Made by a program: the position numbers and the translations under genes
In this document: piece by piece, positions 35,093-42,702 of the stretch
Numbering within the stretch: position 1 is the first letter of the stretch
How the letters are laid out: the number at the start of each line of letters is the position of its first letter
Assembly: GCA_963703275.1 (NCBI GenBank)
Contig: OY969804.1
Span: 1,171,154 to 1,235,153, forward strand
Length of the DNA: 64,000 nucleotides
DNA from: an uncultured Actinomycetes bacterium
GTDB lineage: Bacteria > Actinomycetota > Thermoleophilia > Gaiellales > JAICJC01
Direction of reading: 5' to 3'
The notes under the pieces: model-generated
Database searches by the model: none
What the model was told of the DNA's origin: nothing
What the model saw: only the letters and a program-made list of their open reading frames with translations

Positions 35093-35946
35093 TCGCCGCG
35101 GTCCTTCTCACGGGCGCGCTGCTCGCGTTCGCCGGCGCGCGGCGCTCGGCCGTGCGCGACCGGATCCTGAACCCGCCCGAGCGGGCGCCCGCGCCCAGCC
35201 CGTCGGTGCGCCTGCTGGCGGGGCTTGGTCGCCGGCCGGCCGGGATGCTCGCGGGCCGGGCCGGATGGCCCGAGCGGGGCTTTTGGCCTGCACCCGCGGG
35301 GGCCGCCACCGTGCTCGCCGGCGCGGACGCTGCCGCGCTGCGGGCCGGCGCCGCGATCGCGTTCGCAGCCCTGGCGGTCGCCGTGGCCGTGCTGCTCGGG
35401 GGCGCCACCGGCGTGGTTGTCGCGGTCGTGCTGGCGGCGTTTGGATGCGCGTACCCCGACCTGTGGCTGCGCGCGGCGGCCAAGCGGCGAGCCGAGCGGA
35501 TCGAGCGCCGCGTGCCGGAGCTGGTCGAGCTCGTCGCCAGCATGGTGGTCGCGGGAGTGGCGGTGGACGCCTCGCTGCGTGGTGCCGCCGAGGCGGTCGG
35601 GGGTGAGTTGGGTGCGGAGCTCGAGCGCATGCATGCCAACCTGGCGCTGGGCCGGCCGCGGGTGGACGAGCTGCGCGATCTGGCCGATCGCACGGGTGCG
35701 CCGTCGCTTGGGCAGCTTGCGCTCTCGTTGCGGCTGAGCGACCGCCTGGGGGTGCCGCTGGCCGAGGCGCTTCGCCGCCAGGCCGACCGGGCGCGGGTGC
35801 GGCGGGCACGCGACGTGCAGGAGCGGGCGGCGAAGGCCGGCCCGCGCGTGCTGGTGGTGGTCGTGTTCGTCCTCGTGCCGGCGGCGCTCCTGCCGCTGGC
35901 CGCGGCAGTGGTGCTGACCGTGTCGGGGTCGTTCACCGGCCTGTGA
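35089..35946 (+). CDS. tadC: TadC-like T2SS-F domain membrane protein
   Basis: GTGA overlap with tadB. VPELVELVASMVVAGV...GVPLAEALRRQADRAR, and a C-terminal TM. Confidence 0.65.
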   Translation: MIAAVLLTGALLAFAGARRSAVRDRILNPPERAPAPSPSVRLLAGLGRRPAGMLAGRAGWPERGFWPAPAGAATVLAGADAAALRAGAAIAFAALAVAVAVLLGGATGVVVAVVLAAFGCAYPDLWLRAAAKRRAERIERRVPELVELVASMVVAGVAVDASLRGAAEAVGGELGAELERMHANLALGRPRVDELRDLADRTGAPSLGQLALSLRLSDRLGVPLAEALRRQADRARVRRARDVQERAAKAGPRVLVVVVFVLVPAALLPLAAAVVLTVSGSFTGL

Positions 35947-35969
35947 CGGCCGGTCGTTAGGATCGAGGG

Positions 35970-36152
35970 ATGAGCGCACCCACCGACACCGGTCACGCGG
36001 CCACGAGCTTCGGGGGCATCCACACGACCGCCGAACGCACGCGCCGCTGGGGACACGACGACGTGCCCGAGGGGTTCATCCGCATGAGCGTCGGGTGCGA
36101 GGCGAGCGAGGACATCATCGCGGACGTCACGAACGCGCTCGCACTCCTATGA
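35970..36152 (+). pseudogene. C-terminal relic (about 50 aa) of a Cys/Met-metabolism PLP enzyme (cystathionine gamma-synthase/lyase family)
   Basis: ATSFGGIHTTAERTRRWGHDDVPEGFIRMSVGCEASEDIIADVTNAL matches the family C-terminus (SLGGVES...ER...P.GL.RLSVG.E..EDL..DL..AL). The N-terminal roughly 330 aa are missing. Confidence 0.6.
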
Positions 36153-37108
36153 CCCGCCAGGGTGGCGCGGTGAGCGGTCGATGGACGCTCAGCGATGCTC
36201 CCGACCAGTCCGGCCGCATCGCGGTCGTGACCGGTGCAAGCGGCGGGATTGGCCTCGCGACCGCCAAGGCTCTGGCGCGCCTGAAGGCGACGGTCGTCCT
36301 TGCGTGTCGCGATCCGAAACGCGCAGTCCGGGCGGCCGACGAGATCCACGCCGTTGAGGGCGGGGCCGACGTGCGTGTGGTGCGCCTTGATCTGGCGTCC
36401 CTGGCGTCGGTGCGCGATGCGGCCGCCGAGCTCCGCTCGACGTGCTCGCACATCGACCTGCTGATCAACAACGCGGGCGTGATGCAGGTGCCGTCGCATC
36501 GCCGCTCCGAAGACGGCTTCGAGCTGACATTCGCCACCAACCATCTGGGCCACTTCGCCCTGACCGGATTGGTGCTCGATCGGCTGCTGGCGGCACCCCG
36601 CTCGCGGATCGTGACCGTCAGCAGCCTCGCCCACCGGCGCGGCGTGATCGACGTCGACGACCTCGAACTGGAGCGCGGCTACACGCCCGGCGGCGCGTAC
36701 GACCGTTCGAAGCTCGCCAACCTGCTCTTCACGTACGAACTCGATCGGCGGCTGCGTGCGATGGGAACCGGGACGATTGCGCTGGCCGCACACCCGGGGA
36801 TTGTCTCCACCGATCTGTGGCGGACGTCCTCGCGCGCGGAACGACTGCTGACGGACCGCCACCTGCGGGTGCTCAACTTCTGGCTCGTTCAGAGCCCGGA
36901 GCGAGGCGCGCTGCCGATCCTTCGGGCCGCCCTCGACCCGTCCGCCCAAGCCGGTGACTACTTCGGTCCCGGAGGGTGGGGCCAGTTCACCGGCGATCCC
37001 GTGCGAGTGGAGTCCACCCCCCTCTCGCACGACGAGACCGTGCGGCGCTGGTTGTGGGAGGCGTCCGAGGATCTGACCGGGGTGTCCTTTGCGGCAGAGG
37101 CGGGTTAA
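36149..37108 (+). CDS. Short-chain dehydrogenase/reductase
   Basis: VVTGASGGIGLATA, NNAG, and YDRSKLAN. The ATG overlaps the relic stop (ATGA). Confidence 0.85.
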   Translation: MTRQGGAVSGRWTLSDAPDQSGRIAVVTGASGGIGLATAKALARLKATVVLACRDPKRAVRAADEIHAVEGGADVRVVRLDLASLASVRDAAAELRSTCSHIDLLINNAGVMQVPSHRRSEDGFELTFATNHLGHFALTGLVLDRLLAAPRSRIVTVSSLAHRRGVIDVDDLELERGYTPGGAYDRSKLANLLFTYELDRRLRAMGTGTIALAAHPGIVSTDLWRTSSRAERLLTDRHLRVLNFWLVQSPERGALPILRAALDPSAQAGDYFGPGGWGQFTGDPVRVESTPLSHDETVRRWLWEASEDLTGVSFAAEAG

Positions 37109-37131
37109 CTCCGTCGCAGGCCCGTGACCGG

Positions 37132-37170
37132 CACGTCACACCTGCGTCCAGACACGTGACACCTCGGTCC
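37132..37170 (+). promoter_or_regulatory. Two 18-bp direct repeats (15/18 identical) with 21-bp phasing upstream of the second flp-like gene
   Basis: CACGTCACACCTGCGTCC (37132-37149) and CACGTGACACCTCGGTCC (37153-37170). The second ends 14 nt before the GTG at 37185. Confidence 0.45.
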
Positions 37171-37184
37171 GTAGCCTGGAAGAT

Positions 37185-37427
37185 GTGCGTCGTGGCCAGG
37201 CCAGCATCGAGTACGTCCTTCTCATCTCCGCCCTGATGGTAGGGATCTGCGTGCTCGTGCGCTACCCGGCGCCGGTCGAGTGGATGGCCCGCTCGATCGC
37301 CCACGCGGTGTCGCAGCGACCGTCGGTGCACCATCGCAACGGGGGCAGTGGCCACCACCGCAAGCCGCCCCACAGGCACCCACACCCCTGTCTGTGCCTT
37401 TCCACGCGCGGCTCGCCAGGGGGTTGA
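37185..37427 (+). CDS. flp: Flp-type pilin-like protein with His-rich C-terminal tail
   Basis: MRRG/QASIEYVLLISALMVGICVLV (classical G-x4-EY Flp motif). The tail reads HHRNGGSGHHRKPPHRHPHP. Confidence 0.6.
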   Translation: MRRGQASIEYVLLISALMVGICVLVRYPAPVEWMARSIAHAVSQRPSVHHRNGGSGHHRKPPHRHPHPCLCLSTRGSPGG

Positions 37428-37505
37428 CTTCCCTGGTTATTGGGAAATAGTCTGCATGACGCATCGGCTGTTGGAGTGGGGGACGCCGGGCATGAGGGGG
37501 CACGT

Positions 37506-39011
37506 GTGAGCGAACAGGGATTGGAAACGGGCCCGACCGGGTCCGATGCGCCCATCGCCGCGGCCGACGTCGTGAACACCCGTGGTGGACCCCCGGGACA
37601 CGGACGGATGCTGCCGAGCAAGCGCCGCCGACGGCGCTGGCTGGCGGTGTTCCTGGCGGCGTGGGCGGTCGTGGCGGCCCTCATGGGGTGGGCCTGGTAC
37701 CAGTACGGGAAGCTCTCGAACGACCTGAACGTCTCGAACGCGCGGGTCGCGCCGCCGCTCCGGCGCGCCCTGACCCCGGCCCCGGTCGGAGCCGCCCGCC
37801 AGACGACCCTGGTCGCCGGAATCGACTCGCATCACCACGTGGCCGGCACGGTGATCCTGGCCCGCACCGACTCGACCCATCACGCGGTCGAGATCCTGAC
37901 CGTCCCGTCGACGGTGTCGGTCCTGCAAGGGCAGACCCTGGGAGACGCGCTGCGCGCGGGTGGCGTGCCGCGCGCGATCGGCCTGCTGCAGCGCGACCTG
38001 GGGGTGCCGGTGAACCACGTCCTCCTGATCCAGTTGAACCAGGCCGGATCGATCGTGCGCTCGCTGGGCGGGATCACGGTCTCGAACCCCACGCCGGTGG
38101 CGTACAACGTCACGGGCGGCCATGGGGTGTTTCCGGCGGGCCGGGTCAACCTGACCGGCCGCACCGCGCAGTGGTACCTCGACCCCACCGAGCGGCCGCT
38201 CACCCCCGGAATCGCCGCGGGCGGCGAGGTGCGCCAGGCGGCCGTCGTGCGGGGCGTCACCGACAAGCTCGTGCACCTGTCGACGCCCTCGGCGATCAAC
38301 GGGGTCGCCCACACCATCTCGCGCAACTTCACCACCGACCTCTCGCCCGACCCCGTGCTGGGCATCTTCGCGGCCCGCCTGGGTGCGCATGCGCTGGTCG
38401 ACTGCAGGCTCCCGGCCGGCGCGAATCTCGGCCGGGCCCGGACGATCCCGACCGTCGCCGGCTTCGAGACCGCAGCCGCTAAGGGTGCGTGCACGACCCA
38501 GCCGCTGCAGACCAAGCTGCCCGCCGCAGCCGTGGCCGCGACCATCATCGCCACCATCGTCACCCACGGCGGATCGCGCGCGTTCTACTGGGCCGTCGTG
38601 CTGGCGATCGCGATCTGGGGGATCGGCGCGTTCGCATGGATCCTGATGCTGCCGCTCGTGCGCGGCGTGCGCCGCCTGCCGCGCTCGCGCGGCCTCGCTG
38701 TTGCCGCCGCCGCTCCGGCCCAGCCGGCCGTCCACCGGGCTCGGACGCGCCCGGCGCTCCCGGCGATGCCGCACGTCGGCCGGCCGGCCCTGCCGAGCTT
38801 CAGCCGGTTCGCGCTTCCACACGTCGACCGCCCGGCGCTTCCGCGCATCGGCCGCCCGGCGCTGCCCCACATCGGCCGGCCGCAGCTGCCCGAGTTCCGC
38901 CGCAACGGCGGCCGCCGCCGGCGCCGGTTCGGCCCGCACCTGTTCGTGCGGATCCTGTCGGTGCCGGTCTCGATCGGCCTCGGCATGCTGATCGCACACC
39001 TGCTGTATTAA
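37506..39011 (+). CDS. LytR-CpsA-Psr (LCP) family protein with extra C-terminal TM segments and repeats
   Basis: TLVAGIDS..., ILARTD, and VNHVLLIQLNQAGSIVRSLGGITV. GTG at 37506 is preceded by GAGGGGG. An alternative ATG lies at 37608. Confidence 0.75.
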   Translation: MSEQGLETGPTGSDAPIAAADVVNTRGGPPGHGRMLPSKRRRRRWLAVFLAAWAVVAALMGWAWYQYGKLSNDLNVSNARVAPPLRRALTPAPVGAARQTTLVAGIDSHHHVAGTVILARTDSTHHAVEILTVPSTVSVLQGQTLGDALRAGGVPRAIGLLQRDLGVPVNHVLLIQLNQAGSIVRSLGGITVSNPTPVAYNVTGGHGVFPAGRVNLTGRTAQWYLDPTERPLTPGIAAGGEVRQAAVVRGVTDKLVHLSTPSAINGVAHTISRNFTTDLSPDPVLGIFAARLGAHALVDCRLPAGANLGRARTIPTVAGFETAAAKGACTTQPLQTKLPAAAVAATIIATIVTHGGSRAFYWAVVLAIAIWGIGAFAWILMLPLVRGVRRLPRSRGLAVAAAAPAQPAVHRARTRPALPAMPHVGRPALPSFSRFALPHVDRPALPRIGRPALPHIGRPQLPEFRRNGGRRRRRFGPHLFVRILSVPVSIGLGMLIAHLLY

Positions 39012-39101
39012 GGGATCTCTTACGCGACATTAGGTGCCTCTTAGGAGGGAATCTCCGCCTTCGGGTTACTCTTTGGGGAGGGCCATCGAAGGAGCGACGA
39101 G

Positions 39102-39986
39102 GTGTCGGACAAGAAGACGCGGCAGCAGCGGCGATCGGAGGAGCGCGACAAGGCCGCGCGCCTGCAGTCGCGTCCCCCGTCGGCGTCGAAGCGGCCGCTC
39201 CTGCTGGCCACGGCGGGCGTCGTCGGCGTGATCGCGGTGATCGCGGCTCTCGTCGGCGTCAAGCTCGCCCAGGGCAGTTCGTCGGCCGATCCGGCCAAGC
39301 CCAGCGGCCGCGCTCCTGCCGCCGTGGTGCACTCGGTCACCACTGTGCCCGCGAGCCTCTACAACACCATCGGCTACCAGCCGGCCGTGACCGGCCTGAA
39401 GCGCATCGGCGGCAGCCCGCTGCGCCAGAACGGAAAGCCGCTCGTGGTGTATGAGGGCGCCGAGTTCTGTCCGCTCTGCGCCGCCGAGCGGTGGGCGCTC
39501 GTGGCCGCGTTCTCGCGGTTCGGCACCCTCCACAACCTCGGCGCGACGCACTCGTCGAGCATCGACGTCGATCCGGACACCGCGACCTTCTCGTTCCACA
39601 AGGCGACGTACTCCAGCAGGTACATCTCCCTGAACACCGTCGAGCTGGCAACCAACCAGCCGCAGGGCAACTACTACAAGCTGCTCGAAAAGCCGACGGC
39701 GCTCGAGCAGGAGCTTTCGAAGAAGTACGACCCCGACTACATCCCGTTCGTCTACCTCGGCCGCTACATCATCAACACGGTGAGCTACAACCCGCAGATC
39801 CTGTCCGGCATGACCATGAGTCAGATCGCCGCGGCGATGAGGGATCCCTCGAGCCCCGTCTCCCAGGCGATCCTGGGCACCACGAACAACATCACCGCCG
39901 CGATCTGCCAGCAGACCAAGGGCGCGCCGGCGAGCGTGTGCTCCTCACCCGGCGTCATGGCGGCGGCCAAGCACCTGCCGACATGA
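39102..39986 (+). CDS. DUF929 domain protein (membrane-anchored, CxxC thioredoxin-like)
   Basis: N-terminal TM, then EGAEFCPLCAAERWALVAAFSRFG and DPDTATFSF. Confidence 0.7.
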   Translation: MSDKKTRQQRRSEERDKAARLQSRPPSASKRPLLLATAGVVGVIAVIAALVGVKLAQGSSSADPAKPSGRAPAAVVHSVTTVPASLYNTIGYQPAVTGLKRIGGSPLRQNGKPLVVYEGAEFCPLCAAERWALVAAFSRFGTLHNLGATHSSSIDVDPDTATFSFHKATYSSRYISLNTVELATNQPQGNYYKLLEKPTALEQELSKKYDPDYIPFVYLGRYIINTVSYNPQILSGMTMSQIAAAMRDPSSPVSQAILGTTNNITAAICQQTKGAPASVCSSPGVMAAAKHLPT

Positions 39987-40456
39987 TCGCCGGGAGGTGG
40001 GTGCCGGCCTGGGTGGCGCCCGTCACGCTGGCGCTCTCGGCGGCCGGGCTTCTGGTCTCCGTCTACCTCACCCTCGTCCACTACACGACGACCGTGAAGC
40101 TGGCCTGCTCGACCACCGCGGTGGTCAACTGCGAGAAGGTGACCACCAGCCCGCAGTCCATGATCGCCGGGGTGCCGGTGGCGCTGCTCGGCGTCGTCTA
40201 CTTCGTGGTGGCTGGGGCGGTGTGCCTGCCCGTCGCGTGGCGATCCCAGGCGGTAGCCGTGCGGTTCGCCCGGATCGGGTGGATGGTGGCCGGCGTCGCG
40301 ATGGTGCTCCACCTCGTGTACGCCGAGCTCTTCCAGATCGACGCCATCTGCCTCTGGTGCACGAGCGTGCACGTGATCACGGTGGTCCTCTTCGCGGTCG
40401 TCCTGGTGGCCGAGGCGCTCGCAGTGCAGGCGATCGCCGACCCCTCCACAGGGTAA
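39983..40456 (+). CDS. Vitamin K epoxide reductase (VKOR) family protein
   Basis: Four or five TM helices, loop cysteines KLACS...VVNCEKV, and the active-site CLWC. ATGA overlap with the DUF929 stop. Confidence 0.8.
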   Translation: MIAGRWVPAWVAPVTLALSAAGLLVSVYLTLVHYTTTVKLACSTTAVVNCEKVTTSPQSMIAGVPVALLGVVYFVVAGAVCLPVAWRSQAVAVRFARIGWMVAGVAMVLHLVYAELFQIDAICLWCTSVHVITVVLFAVVLVAEALAVQAIADPSTG

Positions 40457-40467
40457 GATGCGCGCCG

Positions 40468-40572
40468 ATGACGACCCCGAGCCCTCCGACCTCGACGTCG
40501 CGCTGGTGGGTGCTGGTTATGGTGCTCGCGCTTGTGGGAGCGCTCGTGCTGATCATCTACGTGAGCAAGTAG
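40468..40572 (+). CDS. Possible 34-aa single-TM peptide
   Basis: MTTPSPPTSTSRWWVLVMVLALVGALVLIIYVSK in the 123-nt gap between the VKOR and ALDH genes. Speculative. Confidence 0.25.
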   Translation: MTTPSPPTSTSRWWVLVMVLALVGALVLIIYVSK

Positions 40573-40579
40573 GCGTCCG

Positions 40580-41983
40580 ATGGGCGCTGCCGCAGCCTCC
40601 GCCGGCCTCGTCAGCCGAAACCCTGCCGACCCCGGCGACCAGATCGGCGTGTTCGCGCCGGCGGGCGGCATCGACGTCGATTGGGCGGTGGCGGCTGCGC
40701 TTCGGGTCGCCCCGACCTATGCGGCCGTGCCGGGACAGGCGCGGGCAGACGCACTGCACCGGGCCGCCGGTCGGGTCGAGGCGGCCGCCGCCGACCTGAC
40801 CGACCTGATCCGGCGGGAGGTGGGAAAGCCGGTGTTCGAGGCGCGGGGCGAGGTCGCGCGCACCGCGGCGATCCTGCGCTATCACGCCCAGGCGGCGCTC
40901 GATGCCGACGGCGACACCTATCCCTCTGCCGACGGCCGCTCGCTGCTGATGTCCCGGAGGCGCCCGCGCGGCGTGGTCGGCCTGATCACGCCCTGGAACT
41001 TCCCCATCGCCATCCCCGCCTGGAAGCTCGCGCCGGCGCTGGCCTACGGCAACGCGTGCGTCTGGAAGCCCTCGCCGTTTGCGCCGGCATGTGCCGAGGC
41101 GCTGCTTGCATGCCTGCTGCCGGAGCTGCCCGCGCCGGCCGTCGAGCTCGTGCAGGGACACGCCGACGCGGGCGCCGTGCTGGTCGGGCACCGCGGGGTC
41201 GCGGCCGTCTCGTTCACCGGGTCGATCGCGGCCGGGGCGAGCGTGGCGCGGATGGCCGTCGAGCGCGGTGCTGCGGCGCAGTGCGAGATGGGTGGCCAGA
41301 ACGCCTCGATCGTGCTGGCCGACGCCGACCTCGAGGCGGCCGCGGCGACGATCGCGTGGGCGGCGATGGGCTATGCCGGCCAGAAGTGCACCGCCACGAG
41401 CCGTGTGATCTGCGAATCCTCGGTGTACGCGCCCATGCGCGACGCCCTGGTGGCGGCCGTGACCGGCCTCGTGGTCGAGGACCCCGCCGACGAGGCCTGC
41501 CGGGTGGGGCCGCTGATCTCGGCCGGTGCCCGCGATGCCGCTGCGGCCGCGGTCGGGCGGGGGGTGGAGGCGGGCGGACGCGTCCTCACGGGCGGCGGCC
41601 CCCTGGCCGCGGCCGGCAACTACCTCGCGCCGGCGCTCGTCGAGGTCGACGATCCGGCGGCCGAGCTGGCCCAGGAGGAGGTGTTCGCGCCCGTGTGCGC
41701 GATCCTCCGCGTCCCCGATGCCGATGCCGCCGTCGCGCTCGCAAACGGCGTCCGTCACGGCCTCTCCACCTCGGTCTTCACCCGCGATCTCGACCGCGTG
41801 CTCGACCTGGCGGCGCGGCTCGACACCGGCCTCGTCCGGGTCAACCAGCCGACGTCGGGCGTCGATCTGCACACGCCGTTTGGCGGCGAGAAGGCATCCG
41901 GGTTCGGCCCCCGCGAGCAGGGCAAGGCGGCGCGCGAGTTCTACACCAGCCTGCGCACGGTGCTCATCTCGCCCTCGTGCTAA
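40580..41983 (+). CDS. Aldehyde dehydrogenase family protein
   Basis: ITPWNFP, FTGSIAAG, CEMGGQNA, YAGQKCTATSR, and EEVFAPV. Confidence 0.85.
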   Translation: MGAAAASAGLVSRNPADPGDQIGVFAPAGGIDVDWAVAAALRVAPTYAAVPGQARADALHRAAGRVEAAAADLTDLIRREVGKPVFEARGEVARTAAILRYHAQAALDADGDTYPSADGRSLLMSRRRPRGVVGLITPWNFPIAIPAWKLAPALAYGNACVWKPSPFAPACAEALLACLLPELPAPAVELVQGHADAGAVLVGHRGVAAVSFTGSIAAGASVARMAVERGAAAQCEMGGQNASIVLADADLEAAAATIAWAAMGYAGQKCTATSRVICESSVYAPMRDALVAAVTGLVVEDPADEACRVGPLISAGARDAAAAAVGRGVEAGGRVLTGGGPLAAAGNYLAPALVEVDDPAAELAQEEVFAPVCAILRVPDADAAVALANGVRHGLSTSVFTRDLDRVLDLAARLDTGLVRVNQPTSGVDLHTPFGGEKASGFGPREQGKAAREFYTSLRTVLISPSC

Positions 41984-42003
41984 AGTAGTCACGAGGTCTA
42001 TAA

Positions 42004-42702
42004 GTGCCCGATGCCCCACATCCGCGGGTGGCTGCCGACGTCGCCGTGTTCGCGTTCCGGGACGGGGCGATGAACGTCCTTCTGGTGCGGCGCCGGTATG
42101 AGCCCTACCAGAGCTACTGGGCGCTGCCCGGCGGGCTGCTCGAGGCCGAGGAGACGCTGGAGGAGGCGGCCGAGCGCGAGCTGCGCGAGGAGACGGGCGT
42201 CACCGACACCTGGATGGAGCAGCTCGCGACCTTCTCGGACATCGACCGCGACCCGCGCGGGCGGGTGATCTCGTGCTGCTACCTGGCGCTTGTCGACGGC
42301 GGCCGGGCGCGGCTGCGGCCGGGGTCGGATGCGCGCGAGGCGGTGTGGCGGCCGCTCGAGCCGCTGCTCGCGCAGACGGCGAGCGAGCGTGTTCTCGCCT
42401 TCGACCACGACCGCATCCTGAGCTATGCCCGCCAACGCCTGGCCTACAAACTCGAGTACCAGAACGTCGCCTGGAGCCTCCTGCCCGAGACGTTCACCGT
42501 CTCGGAGTTGCGGCGGGTGTACGAGGCCGGGATCGGCCGCGCCTTCGAGCCCAACAACTTCCGCCGCATCGCGCTCGGCTGGGGCGTCCTGGCCGAGGCA
42601 GGCGAGCGGCCCACCGGCGGGCGCCCAGCGGCGCTGTACCGGTTCGCCGACCGGCGGCCGCTGATCGTGGCCCAGAGCGTGCGCTACCGGCGGTCGACAT
42701 GA
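42004..42702 (+). CDS. nrtR: Nudix-related transcriptional regulator NrtR
   Basis: Nudix box GGLLEAEETLEEAAERELREETG plus a C-terminal wHTH (FTVSELRRVYEAGIGRAFEPNNFRR). Followed by NAD salvage genes. Confidence 0.8.
   Translation: MPDAPHPRVAADVAVFAFRDGAMNVLLVRRRYEPYQSYWALPGGLLEAEETLEEAAERELREETGVTDTWMEQLATFSDIDRDPRGRVISCCYLALVDGGRARLRPGSDAREAVWRPLEPLLAQTASERVLAFDHDRILSYARQRLAYKLEYQNVAWSLLPETFTVSELRRVYEAGIGRAFEPNNFRRIALGWGVLAEAGERPTGGRPAALYRFADRRPLIVAQSVRYRRST

Noticed and set aside
27700-35950. Calling the TCS-tad block a mobile genomic island.
   Set aside because: No integrase, transposase, tRNA target or flanking direct repeats are visible. Only truncated genes at both borders and a locally lower GC support a rearrangement. 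It is reported as a rearrangement scar rather than as a mobile element.
41984-42003. An NrtR operator in the 20-nt ALDH-nrtR spacer (TAGTC-ACGAG-GTCTA).
   Set aside because: It is only a 4-of-5 imperfect inverted repeat, and I cannot recall the lineage-specific NrtR consensus well enough to score it. The real operator may lie inside the ALDH 3' end.
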